This document shows, piece by piece, positions 46,756 to 56,898 of a DNA stretch of 64,000 nucleotides (position 1 is the first letter of the stretch; each line of letters begins with the position of its first letter). The notes beneath the pieces are model-generated. The model saw nothing but the letters and a program-made list of their open reading frames with translations. It did no database searches and had not been told where the DNA came from. The DNA is from Candidatus Bathyarchaeota archaeon (GTDB lineage: Archaea; Thermoproteota; Bathyarchaeia; Bathyarchaeales; Bathycorpusculaceae). The translations under genes were made by a program, and so were the position numbers. Location of the stretch: positions 448,001 to 512,000 of the forward strand of contig CAVYES010000005.1 of the NCBI GenBank assembly GCA_963767735.1, in the 5' to 3' direction.

Positions 46756-49581
46756 TTATGGCTCTTCCAAAACACCATCTATTATTTCCAAGAGCTTAGT
46801 CTGATTTACACAATAGTGAAGCCATTGACGCAGATCAGGATGACAAAGGATCCTAACAGGAGAAACTGATTCAAGAAGTGCGTCCTGTGCTTTATTTAGA
46901 CTCTCTGCTTCAGAAGGCAGTGTGCTTGGGTGATAATAGGTTTTCCTTTCAAGCTCTGGCATGTAAATTAAAGGACGCTCAGCATTAATTCGTTCTACAT
47001 TAGGAATGTCGACTAATATTGCAAGCTTATCTGAAAATACTTTTTCGATATCATCTGGGCATGAAAGGGATTTTGTCTGTATCTCTGAGGCTTTTTTCTC
47101 GATCAGTTCTTTAATACTTGATTGGATTTTTTCACTCAGTTCTACCCTTTTTGGCCAAGGTAATGCATTAAGGGTATTAATTAGCTTCTTATTGTGATCG
47201 TTACGAGGTATCGTTAAGACTCTTTTGTATAGTTCTCTTTTTTGGATCATGTTGATGAGAGCTATTCCACGGGAATCATCAGATAAGCCTTTTATCCATT
47301 CGAGCATAAGCCAATCTGTCCATGAAATGCCGGGATACCAATGTTTATCTTGAGAAACGTGAGGCTTATCCGCTTCTAACATTTTGAACGCATCATTGGA
47401 TTGTTTTTTGCCCTCAACGACTTCTTTAGAAATAGAAGATTTCTTAGAAATTTCAGTATTCCAGGCTAAGTTCTCAAAAGGTGGAGTGAGGTTCATTAGG
47501 AAAGTAATCAGTCTTGCTCTAATTCGCTTTATCTCGTTCTCTCCAGCTGTTGTGAATACTTCATCGGGCAAGAGCATGGTGGTAGCATATTGCAGCATTG
47601 CTTTCGAGATTCGAGAAGTATGATGCCAGTAGACAGAGGAATAAAGAAGATATCGAGCGAGACTGAATGCATCTGCACTCGCGCGACCTTTTTCATAAAC
47701 GCCAATCGTTACTTTGTGCTTAGCTCTTAAATGCTCAGGTATGGGAACAGCTGTTATGACTCTCAGTAACCGTTCAATGTCAAGTTGGCTCCCGTAAGGA
47801 ACTCGGCATTGAGCTGAATCTCTTATTATGTAGTCAGCCTTATCTGCGTCTATAGGTCCATCGATTAAAGCTGAAAGCATATCCGCTTTGAAGTCTCTGG
47901 TTTCTGATTCACCTAACTGACGACCTGAGTGTGCCCTGAGAATCTTCTTTAAGCAACTTAAGTTAACATTCCAACAATCTTTTCCCTCAATTATTTCAGC
48001 CAGAGTTCTGCCATCATCATCTTGTTTTGGATTTGATAGCAACTCAATCGAAATGCTGGAATGCCCAAAAATCTTTGGGACTACCTCACCAAGGTCATGA
48101 GCAAGAGGAAATTGCCCAAGGTCATGTACGAGTGCTGCAATTAGAACACCCTTAAGATATTGTTCGTCTACCACATTACGGAAGATGGGGTTTTGAGAGT
48201 CATGGAATAAAGCATTAACATAATTGGCAGTGTACGTATAAGCACCAAGGACATGATCGTATCGGGAATGATCAGCGGTTGGATAAACCAAAGAGACAAG
48301 ACCCAATTGGCTTATCATTTTTAACCTAGCAAGCAAAGGATGTTCAAGAAGCTTTCTCAATCGAGGAGTAATGACCGTATTTAAGTTGGGAACAACTCTT
48401 ACCACATTTTTAGCATAGATTCCTAATTCTGCGATTTTATCTTCAGGATTCCATGATCCAAGTTCTTTCTCGAGATCAATTAATACATCGTATAAATCAC
48501 TATAGAATATTGTTTTGTAGTCATATGATTGAAGACCAGGGAATGTCTCAGTTAATAAGTCTTGATCAACTAATCCCGTTTGGCTCCTTTTGCTTTCATT
48601 GGCTCCATTTAGAAGTCTTGTTGCAAGAAAATGTATGGAACGGAAAAGTGGTCTTTGGGGAAAATCATTTCTATGAGATTCAGAAATTATTGATAGTAAT
48701 TCTAAAATTGATTTTCCGATCGCGTAGTAATCCAAGTCTTTGGTAAGTTCTTTTCCTTTTACACCGCATCTAACTCTATTTGAAGATGATTTATCTAAGA
48801 ACTTTTCCTTTAGTCGAGGATCGGCGTAATAACGAGTAACAAAAACCTCAAATGATTCATTACTTTCAGGATTAATCTTTTGTGCCGATCCATAATCTAT
48901 TAAGAATAGATGCCCTTCTCTATCCAAAAGTGCGTTATCTGGTTTAACATCAAGATAGATGTAGCCTTTTTGATGGGTGTAAATAAGTGCTGATATCCAT
49001 TGATGTATCGCAAATATCAATTTCCTCATTGAATCATCAATGGCTTCCGGAGATATTTGGGCTTGATCTGAAAGTGCTAAAGATAGAGCATATTTTTTCA
49101 GCGTGACATTACCTTGTATGAAAGGCATTACTATGAAGGATAAAGAACGAAATTTATCACTGGCAACTTCAAAGTGGCCCACATCTAACGCTTGGATTAT
49201 ATTTGCGTGATTAAAAAGTGGAAGGATCTTACGCTCAGTCTCGACCATCGATGTAGGTTGACCATCTATTACAGGAAGCAGTTCTGGGGCTAAGGGTCGA
49301 TTAAACTTTAGAACGAGTTCTTGGCAAGAGATATTTCTGTGAATAGCCTTGAAAACAACGCCACTCCCACCCACAAAAAGTGGGGAAGTCATCGTACAGA
49401 TAGAATAATGGTTGATGTTAATCTGTTCATAAAGTGTTTTTAGGTACTCGACGAGGTAATTTTTTTCTTGCTCAAATTCCTTTTGCCTTTTTTCACCATA
49501 CAACTTTTTGATCTCTTCAAGCCAACGGTCGATCTCCGTTAATTTGTCCTTGTTTGGAACATCTACATGCGATTCAGCCAT
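46756..49581 (-). CDS. Ser/Thr protein kinase fused to a SAMHD1-like HD phosphohydrolase
   Basis: Kinase: VGGSGVVF, LVLKF, YLDVKPDN, IDYG. HD: RLKMISQLG, HSRYDH, VHDLGQFPLAH, DADKADYIIRD. Confidence 0.85.
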   Translation of the reverse strand: MAESHVDVPNKDKLTEIDRWLEEIKKLYGEKRQKEFEQEKNYLVEYLKTLYEQININHYSICTMTSPLFVGGSGVVFKAIHRNISCQELVLKFNRPLAPELLPVIDGQPTSMVETERKILPLFNHANIIQALDVGHFEVASDKFRSLSFIVMPFIQGNVTLKKYALSLALSDQAQISPEAIDDSMRKLIFAIHQWISALIYTHQKGYIYLDVKPDNALLDREGHLFLIDYGSAQKINPESNESFEVFVTRYYADPRLKEKFLDKSSSNRVRCGVKGKELTKDLDYYAIGKSILELLSIISESHRNDFPQRPLFRSIHFLATRLLNGANESKRSQTGLVDQDLLTETFPGLQSYDYKTIFYSDLYDVLIDLEKELGSWNPEDKIAELGIYAKNVVRVVPNLNTVITPRLRKLLEHPLLARLKMISQLGLVSLVYPTADHSRYDHVLGAYTYTANYVNALFHDSQNPIFRNVVDEQYLKGVLIAALVHDLGQFPLAHDLGEVVPKIFGHSSISIELLSNPKQDDDGRTLAEIIEGKDCWNVNLSCLKKILRAHSGRQLGESETRDFKADMLSALIDGPIDADKADYIIRDSAQCRVPYGSQLDIERLLRVITAVPIPEHLRAKHKVTIGVYEKGRASADAFSLARYLLYSSVYWHHTSRISKAMLQYATTMLLPDEVFTTAGENEIKRIRARLITFLMNLTPPFENLAWNTEISKKSSISKEVVEGKKQSNDAFKMLEADKPHVSQDKHWYPGISWTDWLMLEWIKGLSDDSRGIALINMIQKRELYKRVLTIPRNDHNKKLINTLNALPWPKRVELSEKIQSSIKELIEKKASEIQTKSLSCPDDIEKVFSDKLAILVDIPNVERINAERPLIYMPELERKTYYHPSTLPSEAESLNKAQDALLESVSPVRILCHPDLRQWLHYCVNQTKLLEIIDGVLEEP

Positions 49582-49738
49582 TTTGATCCCCCTTAGACAG
49601 TCAATTTGTTGGATCTTACCTATATCTTATGCGCAAATCTGATATACGGAGGGGACCGTTTTGGAATTATGCAAAAACTTACACAGCACTTGCACAATCT
49701 AAGACTTTCTTTGCCTCTAAAAGGAGTCATAGCAAATT

Positions 49739-50686
49739 ATGGGTTTTAATAAGAAACTTAAAATTACGAACACAGAAGACTATGTTAAACACTTAACAAT
49801 TATCGAAGACATTGCTTATGTAAAATTGATTAGACACATAATCGCTCAACTTAAAAGTGAGCAAAAAATTGGAAAAGGTATCACCGTTTTTGGCAGATTG
49901 ATTTATTTAACGTTGCCGTGGGATGCGACAATTATAGGGGACATTCACGGAGATCTAAAAAGTTTGGTTCGTATATTAGATGGTAGCCTGTTTTTTAGAA
50001 GCGATAACTCTTATCTAATATTTTTAGGGGATTATGGGGACAGGGGCCTTTATTCACCTGAGGTTATTGCTGTTGTTCTAAGGCTGAAAGAGGCATTCCC
50101 CGACAGGGTCATAATGTTGCGAGGCAATCATGAAGGACCACAAGATATGATTCCGTTCCCCTACGATTTACCAATGCAATTTCAACAAAAATATGGATTG
50201 GAAAATGGGAACAAAATTGTGGTCGAACTACGCAAACTCTTTGATTATCTCTACAATATCGCGATAATAAAGGACAAGGCGGTACTAATTCACGGAGGGT
50301 TCCCGAGCGAAGCAAATAGTATACAGGATGTGGCTTTTGCTCATAAGAATTTTGAAAATACAAATATGGAAGAAATGCTTTGGAGTGATCCTCATGATTG
50401 CGTAAGATTGACCAAATCATCCCCTTGCGGGTCTGGCAAATTTTTTGGCAAGGAGATTACTGAGAGGTTTCTCAAAATGCTTAGTGTTAACGTTCTAATT
50501 CGCGGACATGAATATTGCAAAGAAGGTTTTAAAATTAACCATGACGGAAAAGTATTAACTTTATTTTCAAATATAGGGTCCCATTATGGTAGCAAGCAGG
50601 CGGCATATCTAGAACTTAAGACAACTGATAAATTTGAAAATGCATTCGGGCTCGAAAAAAATATTAGAATTTTAAAGGATGATTAA
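49739..50686 (+). CDS. PPP-family Ser/Thr protein phosphatase
   Basis: GDIHG, GDYGDRG, RGNHE, HGG, LWSDP, IRGHE. Confidence 0.9.
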   Translation: MGFNKKLKITNTEDYVKHLTIIEDIAYVKLIRHIIAQLKSEQKIGKGITVFGRLIYLTLPWDATIIGDIHGDLKSLVRILDGSLFFRSDNSYLIFLGDYGDRGLYSPEVIAVVLRLKEAFPDRVIMLRGNHEGPQDMIPFPYDLPMQFQQKYGLENGNKIVVELRKLFDYLYNIAIIKDKAVLIHGGFPSEANSIQDVAFAHKNFENTNMEEMLWSDPHDCVRLTKSSPCGSGKFFGKEITERFLKMLSVNVLIRGHEYCKEGFKINHDGKVLTLFSNIGSHYGSKQAAYLELKTTDKFENAFGLEKNIRILKDD

Positions 50687-50999
50687 TAATCTAAGTGTGG
50701 AGTAATGCTGAAATCGCTATTAGCTAGGGCATGTTTTGGTTTAATGCGTTGACCTCATCAGTTACGGGGAAGCGCTCAGTGCGAAGAAAGGAATTCCCTA
50801 TGTCGTAAACGCGATTTAATTTGAAAAACGCATTTTTGATTAAAAACGTTTTTATGAAATAGGATCTTCGTATCTTCACACCGAAGGTTTTTCTAAATGA
50901 AGTTTTGACACCGCGTAATTATCGCGATTTTTATGACTCGCCCTCTAGAATTAATCGTTTTAATACTTGAATCGATTCCGCAGAGAGACATTAGACGAA

Positions 51000-52583
51000 T
51001 TAGTCTAACTCTATGAGGTTAATCACTTCGTTAATGTTTGAAAAATAGATATCTTTCCTTGTGGTTGCTATAACAATTTGTGTGAAATTGTTTCTTAATT
51101 CGCTTAAGAGATTTAGAAACTTCTTGATTCGTTTTTCGTCGAAGCAAATTATAGGGTCCTCCAGAATTAGTAGATTATTTTGTCCTAATTCTTCCAATGT
51201 GCCAATTCTTATAAGCATATTCAGGAAACCTTTTTCGCCTGCGCTCAATACATCAAAGTCTGTTTCTACATCACTATTTTTGAACTTAGCCATGACTTGA
51301 TCTTCTGTAATTTTAAGATCGATGCCTACGTCTATTTTGCCCAAATACCTGTTTACTCGTTCAGCAATTCGTTTAAGAGTTATTGAGATTGTAGAATCCA
51401 TGGCGGTAACTGCTAAATTTCTTAGAGATTCAGAAATTAGATTTTCTTTTTTGTAGTTTTCCAAATCGAGAGTGTAACTTTCAAGTAGCAGCTTTGTTTT
51501 CTCTTGTTCTCTTAAGAATGTGGATGTCAAAGCTAAATCATGTGAGATACGTTCAAGCCTTGAAATATGAACTACAATGTTTTTGCGCTCTTCATCTAAT
51601 TGATATGATAATTTCATTCTTTTCTCAGATAGATTATCTTGGGCATCTTTTTGATAAGCGATTATTTGATCTATGAATTTTTTGAAGTCTTGAGTTTGAT
51701 TCAAAAAAAGGTTGCTTCTACTTTGGTATTCCCCGTAAAAGTCATTCATATACTTGTCTTCAAAGAGTTTTTTGAATTTATCATCAGAAAAAAGAAATCG
51801 AATTTTCTGTTCAAAGCGGTCAATTTGTTTTAATTCATTTTCTATGTCTGCTATTGATTTAGCTCTTTCTCTTTCCTTAACTTCTTCAGCAATTTTCATG
51901 TCCTCCAGTCTTCTCAGGGTTGCTTGTTTTACTTCTAACTCGCCATCTAATTTGCTCTGTTCTTCTTCAAGTTCTGCTATTTTTTTATCTGTAATACTTA
52001 TTTCAGCCAATTGCTTTTCTGATTTGCTAACCATGTCGTTAAGAAGAGATTGTTTTGATTTTAGGTATATCGAGAATGATTTCATGTTATCTAAAACCAT
52101 TTGAGGATTCCACTGAAGACGATAAGCTGATAATATTTGACGGAATCTTTGCTGATTTAAGTCAGCCAAGTCTTGTCTTAGGTTATCGATAAACATTAGC
52201 TCATAGAATACATCCTTAGAAGGGAGATTCTTGTCGATTTTTGACAAATCTGTTACTGAGATTTCTTTGCCGTTAAAAATCGTTTTTTGGTTCGCAATGC
52301 TGTTAGATAGCCTTATTTCTCGCGATATCTCAAGTTTTTTAGAGTTTGACATTGTTAGGCTAACGGTAGCAAGATTTGATCTACCTCTAAGACCATAATG
52401 TAAATTGTCTCGTAAATTAGTACCTGAAATGGGCTCGCCATAAATGGCATAACCGATTGCATCAAGAATAGTGCTCTTCCCAGAGCCGTTTAACCCCATG
52501 ATCAAATTTATTCCTGGCTTGAAAGAGAATTGCGCTTCTTCAAATTTTCTATATCCTTTAAATCGAATACTTTCCACAATCAT
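51000..52583 (-). CDS. Short SMC/Rad50-like ABC ATPase
   Basis: GLNGSGKS, coiled coil, LSAGE, LILEDP; no CxxC hook. Confidence 0.8.
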   Translation of the reverse strand: MIVESIRFKGYRKFEEAQFSFKPGINLIMGLNGSGKSTILDAIGYAIYGEPISGTNLRDNLHYGLRGRSNLATVSLTMSNSKKLEISREIRLSNSIANQKTIFNGKEISVTDLSKIDKNLPSKDVFYELMFIDNLRQDLADLNQQRFRQILSAYRLQWNPQMVLDNMKSFSIYLKSKQSLLNDMVSKSEKQLAEISITDKKIAELEEEQSKLDGELEVKQATLRRLEDMKIAEEVKERERAKSIADIENELKQIDRFEQKIRFLFSDDKFKKLFEDKYMNDFYGEYQSRSNLFLNQTQDFKKFIDQIIAYQKDAQDNLSEKRMKLSYQLDEERKNIVVHISRLERISHDLALTSTFLREQEKTKLLLESYTLDLENYKKENLISESLRNLAVTAMDSTISITLKRIAERVNRYLGKIDVGIDLKITEDQVMAKFKNSDVETDFDVLSAGEKGFLNMLIRIGTLEELGQNNLLILEDPIICFDEKRIKKFLNLLSELRNNFTQIVIATTRKDIYFSNINEVINLIELD

Positions 52584-52771
52584 AGAATTCTCTCCAATAA
52601 TGCCATATTTTTATGAATAATTTTGTCAGCTTCCTCAATTTCGCCTTTGTTTAGGGCGTTAATGTAAGCCGACATTATATCCGCAATTTCCTTTCTTTTG
52701 TTCTCAGGGATTTCCGGTAATTTTTCCTGAAGAATTGACAATAGAAGACTCTGGAAACTAAATTCGCTCAT
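52580..52771 (-). CDS. Small helical protein (63 aa)
   Basis: ATGA coupling on both sides. Confidence 0.6.
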   Translation of the reverse strand: MSEFSFQSLLLSILQEKLPEIPENKRKEIADIMSAYINALNKGEIEEADKIIHKNMALLERIL

Positions 52772-53953
52772 CTAAGACACTCCTTTATTTTTGCCATAAT
52801 ATTATCAATTGTACCCTGGTTATCGAGAAAAATTGTTTTTATCTCAATGCCATTAGCACTTGATATTTCTTGGATTTTTTCTTCAACTGCTTGTTTATTC
52901 TGATCCGCAATGTTAACAACAAAATTCATTTTTATGCTTGGATTTTTCAAATTAGCCACTTTCTCAATTTTGCCATTTATATCAGTAATGTCACTTGCGG
53001 AAAGTCTGTCACTGAATGCGCGATCTTTAGTTTCAAATATTACTAAATTATTCGAGTAAGCCGCTAGAACATCCGCTTCGATGGTAATTCCGCCTGAAGA
53101 CAGGAGCGCGTTCAATAGACGACTCGAACAACCTGCTTTTTCAAGCGTTAAAAAAATGTACGATTCAAACCAATTTCCATTCTTAAAAAAATTAACAAAA
53201 TTCTCTCTCGCTTCTTCTATTGACGAGAAACCCTTCTTATCGAAAACCTTTGTTCCCAAAAATAGATCATGAATATTTCGAGGGAGTGGATCCAATGCAG
53301 CTACTTGTTCTGGTCTGTAGGCCCTAACCAGATTTAACGTATTTGTTCTTTGTTGAATATTGGATAATTCTTTTAGAAACGTAGTCATTCCAGGAAAACG
53401 AAGAATTTTTTTATTGAGTTCTATCCTCTCATCTTGACTATAGCTGATATTAACTCCATTAGCCAATGTCATATATTCATCAAAATTGTCCTCAAAAACA
53501 GGTGGCGGGCCGTCAGCAATTAAGTCAAAGGCTTTTTTTAAGCAATCTGTTATTGCATGTTCTTTTTGGCTGTTCTCGGAAATATATTCATAATGTGCAG
53601 TCAACCGGCTTATTAAGGCTAACATGTTTGATTCTATACTTAAAAGAGCCGTTGAAATTGCTGCCTCATTATTATGCACTATTCCTGCAATAATCGCATT
53701 GGCTTGACCATCCACCCTTCTTGCCTAGATCTGCACAACTGTTAGCAAGTGTAACTTCGTCCGTTTCTATGTTGACTATATCAATTAGCTCTTTGGTTTT
53801 TATAGGTAAAGATAATCTTATAACTTCTGTATTTCTAAGAAAGTCACTTAACTTAATTTGTTTTGTCTGATATTTGGAGAATTCAAACCCTAAATTTGAA
53901 TATAGACTAACAATTGGAGGTATTCTATTTAGGATTGAATTGAGTAGTGGCAT
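52768..53953 (-). CDS. Protein with C-terminal PD-(D/E)XK nuclease domain, probably one gene split by a frameshift near 53715
   Basis: GNWFESYI...EADVL...IFETKD; upstream ORF ...ADLGKK joins VDGQANA if one G of a GGG run is removed. Confidence 0.55.
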
Positions 53954-54362
53954 TGGCTTACTATTTTGCACTGCAAATGCTTTTAAGTTATTTGTTCCGC
54001 ATAGCCATCTAAACCTTTCGGGTTCAAATCGACACAGACTAATGCCTGTTAAAAAGATTCATAAAAATGCAAAAACGCAACGACGGTTTAAACGACGGCT
54101 TCAAGTTAACCCCTGCACCCTCATAAGTTAAAAAGGCCTATGGTCCAGCTGGTGATGCTTAGATTTTTTTCGCACGTTAGACTTTTCTTTTTCGGAAGAT
54201 TTTAGCGTCTTCAAATTCTGTGACGTATTCCATTCAAAACGGCTATAATCCCTAGCTGCCTTAGGGAAAAGGAGCTGAAGATTCTGACTGATACGATAAT
54301 TTTTCTTTGAAAGACAACATGCTGCAAATTTTTCAGGTGCAGGAGTAAGGTCATAGGTAAAA

Positions 54363-54725
54363 ATGAACTTGGAGCTTTTTCATCGTCGAAAACAGCTTTT
54401 AGCCGCTTATTACAGCGGTATCTTAAATCCGGCTTCCATGCGTGTGCTTGCGGAGCAGTATCATTGTAGCCAGGCAGCGCTATATGCGGATTGGGAGCGT
54501 CGGGCGAAATGGGAGCCTTTCATCTGGGCAAGCCAAGAAGCTCACGAAGACGGCAAAGCTTTACTTTTTCAACTGCAGCTTGCCCGTGAAGCAGCTTTGA
54601 GTCATATGCTAAATCCGCGGATAGGCGAGGGTGTAAGGGTCGGCGCCATTGGCCAATTTACTAAAGCAGTTAAAACAGAGATTGAGATGAGGCAGAGCCT
54701 TGGCTTGCTGCCAAAGGTAACTTAA
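54363..54725 (+). CDS. Hypothetical HTH-like protein
   Basis: LAEQYHCSQAALYADW. Confidence 0.5.
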   Translation: MNLELFHRRKQLLAAYYSGILNPASMRVLAEQYHCSQAALYADWERRAKWEPFIWASQEAHEDGKALLFQLQLAREAALSHMLNPRIGEGVRVGAIGQFTKAVKTEIEMRQSLGLLPKVT

Positions 54726-54785
54726 CCTCCGCAAGTGCAGGTAAAGCAGCAGTAAACTTTGATGCCCAACAGAACCAGAAATCCA

Positions 54786-54848
54786 GCAATCGGGGGCGCA
54801 GGAACACTCTCAGAAATCGCTTACGCATGGTCACTAAAACGATTGTAA
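54786..54848 (+). pseudogene. Fragment of a LOG/TIGR00725-family gene
   Basis: Reads AIGGAGTLSEIAYAWSLKRL*, the GGxGTxxE motif. Confidence 0.55.
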
Positions 54849-54859
54849 TAGCTTTCGAC

Positions 54860-55207
54860 CTATGAAATCTTAAGGTAACTCTTTATTAGTAGTTTGATTT
54901 GGTCAAAGTGGCATTGTTCAATTACGCCAAACCTGTCCAGGAATCTTGTGGATGAAGCAGTGAGGCAACGCATTTGATAAATTAATGCAACAGAATTCAT
55001 TGAGAGTCCGTTGGTGTTTGACATTTTTACTTGGTATGAGTAAGGAAAACGCAAGCAATCTTGATTTTTGGTCAGTGGTACAACCATAGTTACATTGGCT
55101 TGAGGATGCATGGCCATTACGATTGCGGGGCGCTCCCCTGTCTGTTCGTGCCCCTCAGCATCGGGCAAATTGACTCTCCATATTTCACCAGGTTGCATAC
55201 GTGGCAT
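54860..55207 (-). CDS. PemK/MazF family toxin
   Basis: GEIWRVNL...GHEQTGERPAIVM...VVPLT. Confidence 0.88.
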   Translation of the reverse strand: MPRMQPGEIWRVNLPDAEGHEQTGERPAIVMAMHPQANVTMVVPLTKNQDCLRFPYSYQVKMSNTNGLSMNSVALIYQMRCLTASSTRFLDRFGVIEQCHFDQIKLLIKSYLKIS

Positions 55208-55217
55208 CGGTTCTCAA

Positions 55218-55742
55218 CTAACTGTCAAGTCTATCCCATTCGTCCATTTCTTTCGCTATTTCCTCAGTCAAATACTCGGGTTTGAATAAGAGCTCCTTGG
55301 CTCGGGTTATTCCAATAGTCCGTTCTCCATCGGTTAAGTGAGGTTTAAGCCATTTCAATCTTACAAACAAATCATCATCTGTAAGTTCAGGATTTTGTGT
55401 CTTCAAATATACAATTGTAGAGACCGCTTCCATAAGACCCATGTTATCGTAGATATCAGAACAAGCCTTAATTTTTTCCAACACTTGAACATCTGACTGT
55501 GTCAATTCATAATCTGTTTGGAGCGATTGAAGTTTTGTACTTTGTGCATAATAGTCGCAAGTTAATTCGCGCGAATATGGTCCAGCAACATAAACTGTGA
55601 AATCATATGTAATCTCCATGCCCAACGCCTTTGCCAAGAAAGCGGTTTTTTGGGTAAAAAAACGACCGCGGTATTCGTGGACATTTGGAGATAACCCTAA
55701 GAATTTGAGTCCTGCAATTACTTTGTCAAGGTTATTTGGCAT
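55218..55742 (-). CDS. YwgA/DUF4065-like protein, candidate antitoxin
   Basis: QKTAFL...YDF..Y..GPYSREL; directly upstream of the toxin. Confidence 0.6.
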   Translation of the reverse strand: MPNNLDKVIAGLKFLGLSPNVHEYRGRFFTQKTAFLAKALGMEITYDFTVYVAGPYSRELTCDYYAQSTKLQSLQTDYELTQSDVQVLEKIKACSDIYDNMGLMEAVSTIVYLKTQNPELTDDDLFVRLKWLKPHLTDGERTIGITRAKELLFKPEYLTEEIAKEMDEWDRLDS

Positions 55743-56101
55743 TTTTCATCCCCTTCTTTTGCTACTTTCTCAATTATCTTCATCCACTCGGTAATCTTGT
55801 TCAATTCGTTTCGCCCTTTTTGGTTCAGACTGTAAACATCTATCTTTTTTCGGTCTACTTCAACTTCATTCTTCTCAACATATCCCAGTTTTTTCAAGAG
55901 CTTGAGATTTGAAATGAGTTTTCCATCCGAAATCTTCAATGATGCTTTCAATTCCCGGAACTGCACGCCGTCAACAAAATAAGCGAGCAACGCAAGAATG
56001 ACACATCTTGTCAAAGATAGAACCTGACTGTTTAATGTTTCAGAAGTTTCCAAAAGACGATTGACATCGTCATTCACTACTACTCCCTCGACACTTTGCA
56101 T
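55718..56101 (-). CDS. Winged-helix (ArsR/MarR-like) regulator
   Basis: QFRELKASLKISDGKLISNLKLL...YSLNQKG. Confidence 0.75.
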   Translation of the reverse strand: MQSVEGVVVNDDVNRLLETSETLNSQVLSLTRCVILALLAYFVDGVQFRELKASLKISDGKLISNLKLLKKLGYVEKNEVEVDRKKIDVYSLNQKGRNELNKITEWMKIIEKVAKEGDEKCQITLTK

Positions 56102-56238
56102 TTTACTTTCAAAACTAAAGTAATTGTGAAAGTTATTTAAAGTTTGTTAGACCCTAATGTCAATCTGCACGTTTAAAAAAGACGAGGACCGCACTTTTAT
56201 CTGAATGCTGGGTTCTGCAAGCTTTGTAAACAAATGTT

Positions 56239-56781
56239 TTACTGTATTGTTCCTCTGTCCGGTGAGTATTCGCTGACTCGTTCTGCCAGAAAATAAAATC
56301 TTGGAAGCGTACGTTGAGGATTTGCCACGACTTTGCCTTTGCGCCTTAAGCGCAGTATGATTCTGCGAAAAGCGTCATGTTTGATTTCCAAGAAGTCCCT
56401 ATAGCTAAATTCCCTCGTTAAATCTCGCGCTTTGTTGAGAACGTAGGACTCAAAAAGAATACTACTGATTGTTTTCTGATACTCCTTCTTTACACAACTC
56501 AAGTCGTACGGTTCTCGGCGAGGCTTAGAAACCTGATACTGGAAAACATTATTCTGCTGAATGTTAACGACCTGTTTTCCATTGCGAACCTCAGCTGCCC
56601 CCTCAATACCCTTCATAAAAGAATCAGTCAAGCTCAGCGTCAAGTGACAGACATCCATGCCATTGTCTTTAGCCCATTGAACATACTCTTTCCAGCGCTG
56701 AAACTCCTCTAAGTTAGGGGCCCGAAAATTACAAATTAGATTCTTAGGCTGAATAACAGAAACCGCGTGTGATTCAACCAC
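56239..56781 (-). CDS. Hypothetical protein with wHTH-like C-terminus at the island end
   Basis: 180-aa ORF, GGAG RBS; HDAFRRIILRLRRKG. Confidence 0.55.
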   Translation of the reverse strand: MVESHAVSVIQPKNLICNFRAPNLEEFQRWKEYVQWAKDNGMDVCHLTLSLTDSFMKGIEGAAEVRNGKQVVNIQQNNVFQYQVSKPRREPYDLSCVKKEYQKTISSILFESYVLNKARDLTREFSYRDFLEIKHDAFRRIILRLRRKGKVVANPQRTLPRFYFLAERVSEYSPDRGTIQ

Positions 56782-56882
56782 CCTTGGTTCAGTCTCCTAT
56801 TCGAAATCGGAACAAAGAAAAAAGGGGAAAAAAGCTAATTACCCGAGGCTTAATTTCGTATGTATTCATGCCTGGGCGCCCG

Positions 56883-56898
56883 TCTCTCCCGGGCTACT
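56883..56898 (+). repeat. attR core (duplicated tRNA-Gln 3' end)
   Basis: TCTCTCCCGGGCTACT identical to 17874-17889. Confidence 0.85.

Larger units (their letters stand above)
17874..56898. mobile_element. ~39-kb integrative element / defence island in tRNA-Gln
   Basis: 16-bp direct repeat TCTCTCCCGGGCTACT at 17874-17889 and 56883-56898; tyrosine integrase at the left end. Confidence 0.85.
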
